64,000 nt of DNA from contig JBLJBP010000055.1 in assembly GCA_047637995.1 (NCBI GenBank), positions 8,235 through 72,234 on the forward strand, written 5' to 3'. This document shows positions 1 through 9,723 of this stretch, piece by piece. The number at the start of each line of letters is the position of its first letter. Position 1 is the first letter of the stretch. The position numbers and the translations under genes are program-made. This stretch comes from Kaistella sp. GTDB lineage: Bacteria; Bacteroidota; Bacteroidia; Flavobacteriales; Weeksellaceae. The notes beneath the pieces were generated by a model that worked only from the letters and a program-made list of their open reading frames with translations, was not told where the DNA came from and did not search any database.

Positions 1-718
1 CAATTTTTTCATTAAATACATCTGCTGCACCAGAAGAAGTTCCTACGGTGACTTGGTATTCAGAAGCTTTAGCCACTTTTGACCATTCTATCTTCACTTG
101 CCCAAAACTGACAGTAGTGCCATTAGCAGGGACAGTGGCAATAACACAATCCGGAACAGAACTGGCATTTTCTTGCAAAATTTTCAAATCATCAAAAAAC
201 ACAGTTCCACTACCTGAAGTTCGTGAGAAGAATGCGCCTACTGCATATTTTTCACCAGAAGCCAAGGCATTTTCTAAAGCTACACCTACTGGAATTTTCC
301 CTTCAAAGTAATCGCAAAAAGCCACCTGATTATCATCAAAAAAACTTTGCGCAAAAGAAGAGACCACCCAATTACCATCTTGAGGGCTATATCTGAATAA
401 AGCAAGATGCAGATCTCCGGAAAGTCCTGTAGATTTTCTAAAATTAATAGACACTTTCACCTCTTGGCCATTACTAAATTGTGGTACCGCTAAATCTTTG
501 AAAGAAATTGCAACACCACCCCTACCAAGTTCAGGAGAAAAATTCTGAGCCCATGATCCTGTTCCACTGCATGCAGACAAGGTAGAAACAGCACCATTGC
601 TACCAAAAGAGATCACACCATCAAACGGTGGTTGTGTATCAAAACTCTGGGTTATATTCCATTGTGCATAAGAAAAAAAGCTTTGTACAAGGAAAAAAAC
701 CAATAATATATTTTTCAT
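1..718 (-). CDS. Secreted protein, N-terminal part (gene continues past the left window edge); likely T9SS-type surface protein
   Basis: Absent from the ORF track because it runs off the edge. The reverse-strand ATG at 716-718 opens MKNILLVFFLVQSFFSYAQ (signal peptide) and the frame stays open to position 1. The visible end PDCVIATVPANGTTVSFGQVKIEWSKV resembles the FN3-like segment of the 3367..4920 protein. Confidence 0.7.
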   Translation of the reverse strand, partial: MKNILLVFFLVQSFFSYAQWNITQSFDTQPPFDGVISFGSNGAVSTLSACSGTGSWAQNFSPELGRGGVAISFKDLAVPQFSNGQEVKVSINFRKSTGLSGDLHLALFRYSPQDGNWVVSSFAQSFFDDNQVAFCDYFEGKIPVGVALENALASGEKYAVGAFFSRTSGSGTVFFDDLKILQENASSVPDCVIATVPANGTTVSFGQVKIEWSKVAKASEYQVTVGTSSGAADVFNEKI

Positions 719-997
719 TTATAAACGAATTATTTTAAATCGGATGCAAATGTAGAAAAATATCTACACTCTAAAAACTATTCATGATAAATATCAAAAA
801 GAACCGGAAAGAAAAGATGAACAATCTGCATTAATGAAAATTTTTCAGTAATCAGAAAACATTCATTAAAAACAGCAAACAATGATCAGTAGTAGAAAAC
901 CAGAAGAAAGATACTATTCTAAACCGCATAAAATAATGATTTAGAAAACATTCACTTTCTTTTTTTATAGCTATATTCGCACAAAATTTTTTTGTTG

Positions 998-2173
998 ATG
1001 TTCAAGAAACTTCTTTTTCCCATAGTCTTCTTCTGTGCAACAGTGTTCCACGCTCAGGAAGGTATTAGTTTTCAAAATAGTTCATTTAAAGATCTACTTG
1101 CCAAAGCCAAAGCTGAAAAAAAATTGGTATTTCTCGATGCGTATGCATCTTGGTGTGCGCCATGTAAGCTGATGGAAAAAAACGTCTTTACGAAACCTGC
1201 TGTAAAATCTTATTATGACAGCAACTTCATCAATGCCAGATTTGATATGGAAAAAGGTGAAGGAAGAGAGATTGCCCAAAAATATGGCATCAGATCTTAT
1301 CCCAGCTTTTTATTCCTAAACGGCGATGGAGAAGTGGTTTTAAAAAATTACGGTTATATGGAAGAGCAAGACTTTCTTACCATAGCCAAAGAAGCCAATA
1401 CGCCTAAGATGAAATCTGGAAGCTACAAAGAACTCTTTGATAAAGGCGAGAAAGACCCGGATTTTCTACTTAATATGATGAGAACTTTCGTAGAAACCGA
1501 TTACGATTTGGCTAAAAAAGTCTCTGAACGCTATTTTCAAGTGAAAAAAAATGACCCATTAACCAGAGATGACCTTGGGCTTCTACTCTATTTTTTGAAA
1601 TCTCCTGAAGATGCTAATTATTCTGTTTTTGTTGCAAAAAAGCAAGAAATAGAAAAACTAATGTCGCCAGAAACCTATGTGCAGTTTGATGCTAATATTA
1701 AAATATCTAAGATCTTAGAAAAAGCACTGGATCTGAAAACCGGAAATATTGATGATGCCTATTTCTTTCAGAATGCCATCCCGCTGATTGGTAAAGAAAA
1801 TGCAGAGACCGCACTTAACAGGACAAAAGTACTCTACTATCCTACTGTAGGAAAATATGATTTATTTGAAAAAGCTGCGCTGAGCTACTATAAAAATTCA
1901 GAAAATTTTTCAGCTGAAGAATTATTGAAAAGCGCATGGCTTATCAGCCAACATAGCACCAACCAAGCCAGCTTGAAGAAAGCAGAAGAATGGGCAGAAA
2001 AATCAGTGATGGGTAGCGAAAGTCCAGAAAACACTTATATTCTGGCGCTGCTCTACTCCAAAACAGGCAATAAAGAAAGTGCAAAAACCTATGCAGAAAT
2101 TTCACGCAACTTATCTGTTGTTCAAGGAAAAGATGCCTCATTGGCCAATCAGCTTTTAGAAACTTTAAAGTAA
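998..2173 (+). CDS. Thioredoxin-fold protein with signal peptide and long helical C-terminal extension
   Basis: ORF 992..2173, with the ATG at 998 preferred over the upstream TTG codons. N-terminus MFKKLLFPIVFFCATVFHAQ. Redox motif WCAPC. Confidence 0.75.
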   Translation: MFKKLLFPIVFFCATVFHAQEGISFQNSSFKDLLAKAKAEKKLVFLDAYASWCAPCKLMEKNVFTKPAVKSYYDSNFINARFDMEKGEGREIAQKYGIRSYPSFLFLNGDGEVVLKNYGYMEEQDFLTIAKEANTPKMKSGSYKELFDKGEKDPDFLLNMMRTFVETDYDLAKKVSERYFQVKKNDPLTRDDLGLLLYFLKSPEDANYSVFVAKKQEIEKLMSPETYVQFDANIKISKILEKALDLKTGNIDDAYFFQNAIPLIGKENAETALNRTKVLYYPTVGKYDLFEKAALSYYKNSENFSAEELLKSAWLISQHSTNQASLKKAEEWAEKSVMGSESPENTYILALLYSKTGNKESAKTYAEISRNLSVVQGKDASLANQLLETLK

Positions 2174-2182
2174 AACCTCCAG

Positions 2183-2800
2183 GTGAGAAAAAACATTATT
2201 CTACTACTATTGCTGTTAGGCATTTCTGCACAGTCACAGCAAAAAGATTCTGGCACTTCCAGACAAGTATATTTAAAAGCCAATGCGCTATTCTTGCCAG
2301 TTGGGATCATCAACGCAGGCGCTGAATTTCAGGTTGGCAAGAAAATGACGCTGCAACCAGAAATTTTTGTTTCACCTTGGAAATCTTTTTCAGGAAAATA
2401 CTTTCAGGTGTATATGGCAGGGATGGATGCCCGATATTATTTTGATGAAGCATTTAACCATTGGTATGTTGGTGCCAATATTTCTTTCACACGCTTCATC
2501 ATGCAAAAATGGAATTATTGGCATGATGGTCCTTTTCAGTATGAGCCAGACTCCCCAATCTATACTACATCAGACTTATACCAAGACGGTTACAGCATTA
2601 TCATAGGAGCGGTAGTTGGATATCAATTTAAAATAGCTGAAAACTGGAATATGGATTTGTATGTAGGAGCAGGATCTTCCCAAAGTGAATACAAAGGCTA
2701 CCATAAAGTTTTGGGCGTACGCTATGACTCAGACCCCAACCGCAGCGGCGAGTTCATACCCTATAAAGGAGGTGTAATGATTTCTTATAAACTACGATAA
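2183..2800 (+). CDS. Outer-membrane beta-barrel protein (DUF3575-like)
   Basis: GTG start, signal peptide MRKNIILLLLLLGISAQSQ, alternating aromatic/hydrophobic strands, C-terminal ISYKLR. Sits 10 nt after the upstream gene. Confidence 0.55.
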   Translation: MRKNIILLLLLLGISAQSQQKDSGTSRQVYLKANALFLPVGIINAGAEFQVGKKMTLQPEIFVSPWKSFSGKYFQVYMAGMDARYYFDEAFNHWYVGANISFTRFIMQKWNYWHDGPFQYEPDSPIYTTSDLYQDGYSIIIGAVVGYQFKIAENWNMDLYVGAGSSQSEYKGYHKVLGVRYDSDPNRSGEFIPYKGGVMISYKLR

Positions 2801-3003
2801 TGAATATACGGAGCAAAAAATACGCAGTAGTAGCATTGGCTACTTTCATTATATTATTTCTAATGAACTATCTGGGAAATACCAGCCCAGATAAAATAGA
2901 AAACGCACTGATGACCGCAGTTGCAGGTGTAATAGGGCTTACTATTGGAATGTGGTTTGTGCACAGGAATTCAAAAGATGATACCCACCACGATTTTGAC
3001 TAG
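2800..3003 (+). CDS. Small membrane protein (two hydrophobic helices)
   Basis: The ATG overlaps the stop of the previous gene (TAATG). Hydrophobic segments YAVVALATFIILFLMNYLG and LMTAVAGVIGLTIGMWFV. Confidence 0.45.
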   Translation: MNIRSKKYAVVALATFIILFLMNYLGNTSPDKIENALMTAVAGVIGLTIGMWFVHRNSKDDTHHDFD

Positions 3004-3366
3004 CACTACTGTTTCAGTTTAATTTTAAGGCTATTCTTTTATATAAAGCTGAAAATCACCCTCAAAACTTAGCCTATACTGGCTTTCACTTTCTAAGAAC
3101 CTACAGATTCTTTCATTAAGTCTAACTCCGTTTGTTGGTTGACAAAAAAATAATCTCATTTTTCTTCTAAAAAAACATGAGCGGTTTTTTCATGCATAAA
3201 AACAACGCAATACCCTTTGAACAAAGTATTTCTCAAAGACCCAAACCACTTATGATAATCACAAAAAAAATCAAAATCTAACAAACTCTACGCAAATTTA
3301 CGTATAAATGTTTGCGAATTTGATTTTATTTTATACCTTAGTGCAAACCAAAAATTACACCTTTTT

Positions 3367-4920
3367 ATGAAAAAACTTCTACTCTCTGCTTTCATAGCAG
3401 TAGTTCCTTTTTTAGGGAAAGCACAAGTCTTCCAAGAAGATTTTGACGGTAACGGACCGGGCATTGCAGCTTGGACGACAATCAATGACAACAACACTCC
3501 AAATGTGAATGTAGCTTTCATCAGCAATGCATGGAACCGTATCGACAGACTAGGAGCCAATGGTAACTTCGGTGGCCCAGCTGGGAATTATGCAGCGATG
3601 AGTACCTCTTGGTTTACCCCTGCTGGTACCGCTGACCGATGGCTTATCTCCCCAAGCATCACTTTACCTGCAAATCCAGCAGCATTGAAATGGGATGCAA
3701 AAGCACAAGACCCTGAATTTCCTGATGGATACAAAGTAATGCTCTCTACAAACGGAGGCGCCACAAAAGCTGATTTTGATGTGGAACTATTTTCAACAAC
3801 CGGAGAAGACGCAGCCTGGAAATCAAGAGAAGCTAATTTAGCAGCGTATGCCAACACCAGTATAAGAATTGCCTTCGTAGAAAATTCTACAGATATGTTT
3901 ATGATTCTTGTGGACAACGTAAAAGTAGAAGCAGCACCAACCGCTCCACCGAATTGTGCTACGCTTACATCTCCTACCAATGCACAAACCAATGTAGATT
4001 ACTATAGCGTACCATTAACATGGACCGCACCAACTAGTGGTCCAGCGCCAACAAGCTATGACCTCTACATGGATACCAATGCCAATCCTACAACGCTAGT
4101 GACCAATACTGCTTTATTAACCTACACTGCAACTAACTTGCTTGCAAACACTACTTACTATTGGAAAGCAGTTCCTAAAAATGTAGTAGGCCCTGCAACT
4201 GGTTGTCAGACCTTTTCATTCACTACAGGAGCAGCAGCATATTGCCCAGCAGGAGCTACAAGCACCAGTTTTGAAAAGATAGGAAATGTAACTTTCTCTA
4301 ACATCAACAACAACAGTACTTCTACCGCTGGCTACGAAGATTTCACCGCAGTAATTGGAAACGTTGTTAAAGGACAGTCTTATCCGTTTACTGCTACAGC
4401 ATTAGCAAGTTCTTATGATTCAGACCAAGTAATTGTTTGGATTGATTTCAATCAGGATAAAACCTTTAGCAATGATGAGCAAGTTCTAATTACTAGTGCA
4501 TCTAAATCTCCTTGGGAAGGTACTATAACAATTCCTACTACTGCACTTTCCGGAGACACTAGAATGAGAGTAAGAATGCATGATTCATCACTTGGAGGAA
4601 ATGCTACTCCTTGTGGTACTTCAAGCTTTGGACAGGTAGAAGACTACACAGTAAATATTTCTACACTTGCCACCAATGAAGCTTCTAAAGCCTCAGTGAA
4701 AGGATACCCTAACCCAGTGAAAGATGTATATAACATTGAAGCTCAAGGCAAAATAAAATCTGTGAAAGTATTTGATGCTTCTGGCAAACAAATTCTTACT
4801 CATGGTGCTAATGCTTCAAAATCTCAGATAGATTTCAGCAGAATGACCAAAGGAGTCTATATAGTTTCTGTAGAATTAGAAGATGGAAAATCTACTGCTA
4901 CTAAAGTTACTAAACAATAA
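3367..4920 (+). CDS. T9SS-secreted surface protein (N-terminal MAM/choice-of-anchor-like domain, FN3-like, GEVED domain, Por C-terminal sorting domain)
   Basis: Signal peptide MKKLLLSAFIAVVPFLGKAQ. GQVEDYTVNI (GEVED-type motif). C-terminus VKGYPNPVKDVYNIEAQGKIKSVKVFDASGKQ...GVYIVSVELEDGKSTATKVTKQ is typical of type A T9SS CTDs. Confidence 0.8.
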   Translation: MKKLLLSAFIAVVPFLGKAQVFQEDFDGNGPGIAAWTTINDNNTPNVNVAFISNAWNRIDRLGANGNFGGPAGNYAAMSTSWFTPAGTADRWLISPSITLPANPAALKWDAKAQDPEFPDGYKVMLSTNGGATKADFDVELFSTTGEDAAWKSREANLAAYANTSIRIAFVENSTDMFMILVDNVKVEAAPTAPPNCATLTSPTNAQTNVDYYSVPLTWTAPTSGPAPTSYDLYMDTNANPTTLVTNTALLTYTATNLLANTTYYWKAVPKNVVGPATGCQTFSFTTGAAAYCPAGATSTSFEKIGNVTFSNINNNSTSTAGYEDFTAVIGNVVKGQSYPFTATALASSYDSDQVIVWIDFNQDKTFSNDEQVLITSASKSPWEGTITIPTTALSGDTRMRVRMHDSSLGGNATPCGTSSFGQVEDYTVNISTLATNEASKASVKGYPNPVKDVYNIEAQGKIKSVKVFDASGKQILTHGANASKSQIDFSRMTKGVYIVSVELEDGKSTATKVTKQ

Positions 4921-4948
4921 TCTCTTTAATTTTTAATTAATTTTTTTT

Positions 4949-4977
4949 AGAGTCTGCAGCAATGCAGACTCTTTTTG
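4949..4977 (+). terminator. Rho-independent terminator after 3367..4920
   Basis: Perfect 10-bp stem agagtctgca/tgcagactct with loop gcaa, followed by a T-run. Confidence 0.8.
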
Positions 4978-5053
4978 TTTGCAACACTTTTCAAGATTTC
5001 CTCAGAAAAAACCAAATGAAACACCCCAATTTTCAGTAGCAGTGAAAAACCGT

Positions 5054-5061
5054 TATCTTTG
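5054..5061 (+). promoter_or_regulatory. Bacteroidota -7 promoter box candidate (TATCTTTG) for dusB
   Basis: Matches TAnnTTTG. Its final G lies 4 nt before the ATG at 5066, which implies a leaderless or near-leaderless transcript. No clear -33 TTG was seen. Confidence 0.3.
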
Positions 5062-5065
5062 CAGC

Positions 5066-6061
5066 ATGATAAAAATCGGGAATATTACTTTGCCAGAGTT
5101 TCCACTTTTGTTGGCACCTATGGAAGACGTTTCGGATCCACCATTCAGAAAACTCTGCAAAATGCATGGCGCAGATCTCATGTATTCTGAATTTATTTCT
5201 TCAGAAGGGCTCATTCGAGATGCGATGAAAAGTAGAAAGAAATTAGATATTTTTGACTATGAAAGGCCTGTAGGTATTCAGATTTTTGGCGGTGATGAAG
5301 AAGCCATGGCACTTTCTGCCAAAATAGTAGAAACAGTGAACCCTGATTTAGTAGATATCAATTTCGGATGTCCTGTGAAGAAAGTGGTTTGCAAAGGTGC
5401 AGGCGCAGGAGTTTTAAAAGATATTGATCTGATGATTAGGCTCACCAAAGCAGTAGTGCAATCTACCCATCTTCCCGTTACAGTGAAAACCCGCTTGGGC
5501 TGGGATATACCGAGCATCAACATCATGGAAGTAGCAGAACGTTTGCAAGAAACGGGCATCAAAGCGCTTACCATCCATGCCAGAACGCGCGCCCAAATGT
5601 ATAAAGGAGAGGCAGACTGGGACTATATTTCAAAAGTAAAAAACAACCCCAATATTGAGATCCCAATTTTTGGTAATGGCGATATCGACAGTCCAGAGAA
5701 GGCGTTAGCATATAGAGAAAAGTATGATTGCGATGGGATGATGATTGGCCGTGGCGCCATCGGCTACCCATGGATTTTCAATGAAATAAAACATTTTTTC
5801 AAAACAGGAGAACTATTGCCACCGCCTACCATCACTGATCGTTTGGAAGCAGTGAAACAGCACGCAGAATACAGCGCAGAATGGAAAGGTGAACGATTGG
5901 GGTTAATAGAAATGCGCCAACACTACAGCAATTATTTTAGAGGAATACCGCATTTTAAAGAATTTCGGAAGAGATTTTTAGAAATCTTTACCTTAGCAGA
6001 AATGGATGAGCTGATAGCAGAAGCCGCCACTTTCTATAAAGATTTTGCGTTTCAAGATTAA
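5066..6061 (+). CDS. dusB: tRNA-dihydrouridine synthase B
   Basis: ORF 4979..6061, with the internal ATG at 5066 (MIKIGNITLPEFPLLLAPMEDVSDPPFR) preferred. Dus motifs DINFGCP, VKTRLGWD and HARTR. Confidence 0.85.
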   Translation: MIKIGNITLPEFPLLLAPMEDVSDPPFRKLCKMHGADLMYSEFISSEGLIRDAMKSRKKLDIFDYERPVGIQIFGGDEEAMALSAKIVETVNPDLVDINFGCPVKKVVCKGAGAGVLKDIDLMIRLTKAVVQSTHLPVTVKTRLGWDIPSINIMEVAERLQETGIKALTIHARTRAQMYKGEADWDYISKVKNNPNIEIPIFGNGDIDSPEKALAYREKYDCDGMMIGRGAIGYPWIFNEIKHFFKTGELLPPPTITDRLEAVKQHAEYSAEWKGERLGLIEMRQHYSNYFRGIPHFKEFRKRFLEIFTLAEMDELIAEAATFYKDFAFQD

Positions 6062-6075
6062 ACGGCATTTGTTTT

Positions 6076-6160
6076 AGCCGTGATTGCAGCGGCTACCCCA
6101 CAGCAGGCGTTGGCCAAAGCTCGGCGCGAGGAGTAATAGCGGAAAGCGCGAAATAGCTCC
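6076..6160. other. GC-rich palindrome-containing intergenic element
   Basis: Conspicuously GC-rich within an AT-rich spacer. Contains the stem tagccg-N9-cggcta (6075-6095) and the palindrome ttggccaa. No ORF. Confidence 0.4.
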
Positions 6161-6217
6161 TAAAAAAAACTGGTAACAATTTGCCAAAAAACCACACTAA
6201 TTCTATAAACTTTTTCT

Positions 6218-7129
6218 ATGCTGAAAGCAGAACACGTGACCAAAACCTATGATGCCGGCAGAAAGCTTGCACTTTCAGATTTTTCAATAGATGTTCCAAA
6301 AGCCAGTATCTATGGACTTTTAGGTCCTAATGGCGCAGGAAAAACCACCTTTATCAGAATTATCAATCAGATCACTCAGGCAGATTCTGGTTCAGTGTTC
6401 ATAGATGATGTAGCCCTAAACCCTGAACATATTCGGCAGATTGGCTATATGCCAGAAGAGCGCGGTTTGTATAAAAACATGACGGTAGGCGACCAGATTT
6501 TGTACTTTGGTGAGCTGAAAGGAATGCGCAAAAATGATGCGCTGGCTCAGGCAAAATATTGGTTTGAACAATTACAGATAGACCAGTGGTGGAAAAAGAA
6601 ACTCAGTGAACTTTCTAAAGGTATGGCGCAGAAAATACAGTTTGTAGTAACGGTGCTGCACCGCCCAAAACTGCTGATTTTAGATGAGCCTTTTTCTGGT
6701 TTTGACCCTGTGAATGCCAACTTGATTAAGGACCAAATTCTGAATTTACGAAACAATGGCACCACCATCATCCTCTCTACACACCGTATGGAAAGTGTAG
6801 AAGAAATGTGTGATTATGTAGCGCTGATAGATAAATCTAAAAAAATATTAGACGGAAAAGTGTTTGATGTGCGTGAAAAGTTCAAGAAAAATATTTTCAG
6901 TATTACCCTTCAAGATGTGAGTGATGAAAGTTTTAGCAATTTCAGCGCTAAGTACCCAATTGAGAATTACCGCACTGATAATCAGCTTCTTTCTTTTGAC
7001 CTGAAAAATGAGGGCAACCAAAATTTTCTTTTAGAAGAATTGATGAAGTTGGGGAAAATTCGTTCGTTTGATGAAAAAATCCCGAGTATGAATGAGGTAT
7101 TCATCAATGCTGTAGGTAGCGACCATTAA
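6218..7129 (+). CDS. ABC transporter ATP-binding protein (NatA-like)
   Basis: Walker A GPNGAGKTT, signature LSKGMAQK, Walker B LLILDEPFSG. Confidence 0.9.
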   Translation: MLKAEHVTKTYDAGRKLALSDFSIDVPKASIYGLLGPNGAGKTTFIRIINQITQADSGSVFIDDVALNPEHIRQIGYMPEERGLYKNMTVGDQILYFGELKGMRKNDALAQAKYWFEQLQIDQWWKKKLSELSKGMAQKIQFVVTVLHRPKLLILDEPFSGFDPVNANLIKDQILNLRNNGTTIILSTHRMESVEEMCDYVALIDKSKKILDGKVFDVREKFKKNIFSITLQDVSDESFSNFSAKYPIENYRTDNQLLSFDLKNEGNQNFLLEELMKLGKIRSFDEKIPSMNEVFINAVGSDH

Positions 7130-7156
7130 ACTTAAAAAAACAACATTTCATTTTCT

Positions 7157-8473
7157 ATGAAAAATATTATCCTCATTACGCAAAGAGAATATCTGACCCA
7201 AGTAAAGAAAAAATCTTTTATCATTCTTACTTTGCTTGCGCCACTATTGATGGTAGGTTTCGGTGCGCTGATTGCTTTTATGTTTAAAGCCAATGAAAGT
7301 TCCAGCACTTTTAATGTGGTAGATAAAAGCGGAATTTTCGCTCAGAAAATGCACAGTGACAAGAGCGTAAAATATGTTTTTGTACCGGCACAAAACGAAA
7401 AAGCCCTAACCGCTACTTTGAAAGAGATGGATGGCATTGAGGGTTTACTCATCATCCCTGAACTGAAAGATCATAATTTTGATGCATTGCAAGACAACAC
7501 TCAGCTTTTGCTGAACAAAAAAATTGGACTAGACACGAAAGTTCGGATCACCACAGATTTGGCAAAAATCATTAAAGAAGAAAAAATTAAAACCTTAGGG
7601 ATTTCTGCACAGCAGCTTCAAGATTTAGACAAAAATTTCAGACTAAAAACCACCAATGTGGCAGACAACAAGTCGGATTCCGATTTAGATTTTGGGGTAA
7701 AATCTGGACTGAGCATGGTTTTAATGTATGCTGTTTTCATGTTCATCATCATCTACGGTGTTCGGGTGATGCGCAGTGTGCTGGAGGAGAAAAATAATCG
7801 TGTGGTAGAAATCATCATCTCTTCTGTGAAACCTTTTGAGCTGATGATGGGGAAAATATTGGGGGTAACCTTTGTGGCACTCACCCAGTTTTGTATTTGG
7901 ATTACGATGACGGTGATCGGTGCGCTTTTTCTGAATGCCGGTTTTTCTACGGTAAAAACCCCAATTCCTGGTGCAGGTGCAGAATCTGCGGAGATGCTTC
8001 AGAAATTTGATTTTAAACAAACCGCTTCTGAGATTTCTCATATTCTTTTGGATATGAATTTCCCACTAATCATCTTGGTTTTTATCATCTTTTTTCTTTT
8101 GGGTTATATTTTCTACAGTTCTATGTATGCCGCAATAGGCTCTGCGGTGGATAATGAAACCGAGACCCAGCAGTTTACCTTATTCGCCATCATTCCATTA
8201 ATGCTGGGCATGTATGGAAGTTTCACCATTATGAACAATCCCGAGGGACCTCTTGGTTTCTGGCTATCTATTATTCCGTTTACTTCACCCGTGGCGATGA
8301 TTGCGAGAATACCGTTTGGCGTTCCTGTTTGGCAGATTTTGCTTTCGGTGGTTTTGCTCCTCGTTTCTACACTTGCCATGATTTATGTAGCTGCAAAAAT
8401 CTACCGTGTAGGTATTTTAATGTATGGCAACAAGGCCAGTGCTAAGGAACTTTGGAAGTGGATTAGAAGTTAG
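7157..8473 (+). CDS. ABC-2 family transporter permease (NatB-like)
   Basis: One N-terminal TM helix, a large extracytoplasmic loop, then 5 C-terminal TM helices. Lies directly downstream of the ATPase. Confidence 0.8.
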   Translation: MKNIILITQREYLTQVKKKSFIILTLLAPLLMVGFGALIAFMFKANESSSTFNVVDKSGIFAQKMHSDKSVKYVFVPAQNEKALTATLKEMDGIEGLLIIPELKDHNFDALQDNTQLLLNKKIGLDTKVRITTDLAKIIKEEKIKTLGISAQQLQDLDKNFRLKTTNVADNKSDSDLDFGVKSGLSMVLMYAVFMFIIIYGVRVMRSVLEEKNNRVVEIIISSVKPFELMMGKILGVTFVALTQFCIWITMTVIGALFLNAGFSTVKTPIPGAGAESAEMLQKFDFKQTASEISHILLDMNFPLIILVFIIFFLLGYIFYSSMYAAIGSAVDNETETQQFTLFAIIPLMLGMYGSFTIMNNPEGPLGFWLSIIPFTSPVAMIARIPFGVPVWQILLSVVLLLVSTLAMIYVAAKIYRVGILMYGNKASAKELWKWIRS

Positions 8474-8520
8474 AGATTAAACATAAATCCTCGATTGAAT
8501 AATTTCTTTAAAGAACACAC

Positions 8521-8557
8521 AACCTCTGAGGTTTTCAAAACGTCTGAGGTTTTTTTT
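8521..8557 (+). terminator. Possible terminator after the ABC-2 permease
   Basis: aacctc/gaggtt complementary arms, duplicated tctgaggtttt, ending in a T8 run. The structure is ambiguous. Confidence 0.35.
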
Positions 8558-8700
8558 GATGGTTACACGCTGAAAAAAAAACAAAAAAACAGATAAGAAT
8601 AGGAGCGGTTATTCAATTTAAATAATTCGATAAGATTTAAACAGGCTCTTAGACTTAATCCCATCAAACACTCTTCGTATTTTTTTAATGAATCTTCATA

Positions 8701-8730
8701 GAAAAACCCTGAAACCAAAAGGTTCCAGGG
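8701..8730 (-). terminator. Rho-independent terminator of 8764..9723
   Basis: On the minus strand: ccctggaacc-tttt-ggtttcaggg (one mismatch) followed by ttttt. Confidence 0.7.
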
Positions 8731-8763
8731 CTAACATGAATAATTCAAAAAAAACTGTGAAAA

Positions 8764-9723
8764 TTACTCTTTCACAATGCGGGCAGCTTTGATGACATCA
8801 CCACCTTTTACTTTGATCAGGTAGGCGCCTTTTTGAAGATCTTTTATATTGTAAGAATCGGCTACATTAAATGTTTTCACCAATTTACCACTCATATCAT
8901 AGAGTTCTATGATATTGGATTTTGCACGTGCATCATCAGGTAAAACTATTTTAAAAGATTCTTTGGTAGGGTTAGGATACACCACCATTCTGCTATCCAT
9001 CTGACGGGTTTCTGTGGTACCAAGTGCAGTTACGGTATAAGTAATCACAAAAGGAAGTGCCTGATAATTAGTACCTCCTGCTGGGTCTGATACCGGCTGC
9101 CAAGCAGAACCTGTATATTGAATCGAATTAGAATTAGGTGCAGCTATCTGACCAGGAATTGTAACTGCTGGGAAAAATGCAGATCCTCCATTGGTAACAA
9201 CAGAAGAGACATTCACCCAATAAGTACCTGGCATAAGTTCTTTTGCCACATTACCTTTTAATCTCCAGATAGGTCTTGTGGTACCTGGTGTACTTACACT
9301 GGATTCAAATATTCTGTACATAGCTGCGGAAGTAGAGCTCGCCATTACATTGGTGGATAAATCACCGTGAATTACCGTGCCACCAGCTCCTGGCTTACCA
9401 GAATACAACTGCACATATAGTGTTGTAAAAGGATTGCTCGTCATACCGGTTTGGTAGCCAAAAAACTCAATAGAACTTAGCGTCCATTTTTCTGTAGCTG
9501 GTACCTCGAAATCATCAGCTAAGGAATAAGCTGAACCACTAACTACAGAGGCTGTAGAGCCTGCAGTAACGTTTCCTAACTGCACCTCACTCCAGGTATA
9601 ACCTGTTGGTGCGGTAGCTCCATTGTTTGCCGTAGCTCCTGTGCTAAGCGGCCCGTTGGAGTAGCTTTGCGCAAAAACAGCAACACTAAGTGCCATCATT
9701 GCAAGAGATAATTTTCTTTTCAT
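8764..9723 (-). CDS. T9SS-secreted protein with Por C-terminal sorting domain
   Basis: Signal peptide MKRKLSLAMMALSVAVFAQ. C-terminus VVYPNPTKESFKIVLPDD...ELYDMSGKLV...GAYLIKVKGGDVIKAARIVKE. Confidence 0.75.
   Translation of the reverse strand: MKRKLSLAMMALSVAVFAQSYSNGPLSTGATANNGATAPTGYTWSEVQLGNVTAGSTASVVSGSAYSLADDFEVPATEKWTLSSIEFFGYQTGMTSNPFTTLYVQLYSGKPGAGGTVIHGDLSTNVMASSTSAAMYRIFESSVSTPGTTRPIWRLKGNVAKELMPGTYWVNVSSVVTNGGSAFFPAVTIPGQIAAPNSNSIQYTGSAWQPVSDPAGGTNYQALPFVITYTVTALGTTETRQMDSRMVVYPNPTKESFKIVLPDDARAKSNIIELYDMSGKLVKTFNVADSYNIKDLQKGAYLIKVKGGDVIKAARIVKE

Noticed and set aside
48-311. 87-aa plus-strand ORF in the track
   Set aside because: It lies entirely antisense to a much longer open minus-strand frame (1..718), which has a clear signal peptide and domain similarity to a neighbouring protein.
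3588-3992. Long antisense ORFs nested in confident genes (for example 3588..3992, 5278..5574, 10900..11193, 14132..14431, 15427..15669, 47193..47573, 48601..48960, 57603..58016, 58860..59228, 62155..62556)
   Set aside because: Each lies wholly within a longer opposite-strand gene that has strong family motifs. Their compositions (Ser/Pro/Ala/Ile-rich) are typical of antisense reading of real genes.
4979-5065. N-terminal extension of dusB (ORF track start 4979, non-ATG)
   Set aside because: The extension overlaps the upstream terminator region and has no Dus homology. The conserved Dus N-terminus begins at the ATG at 5066.
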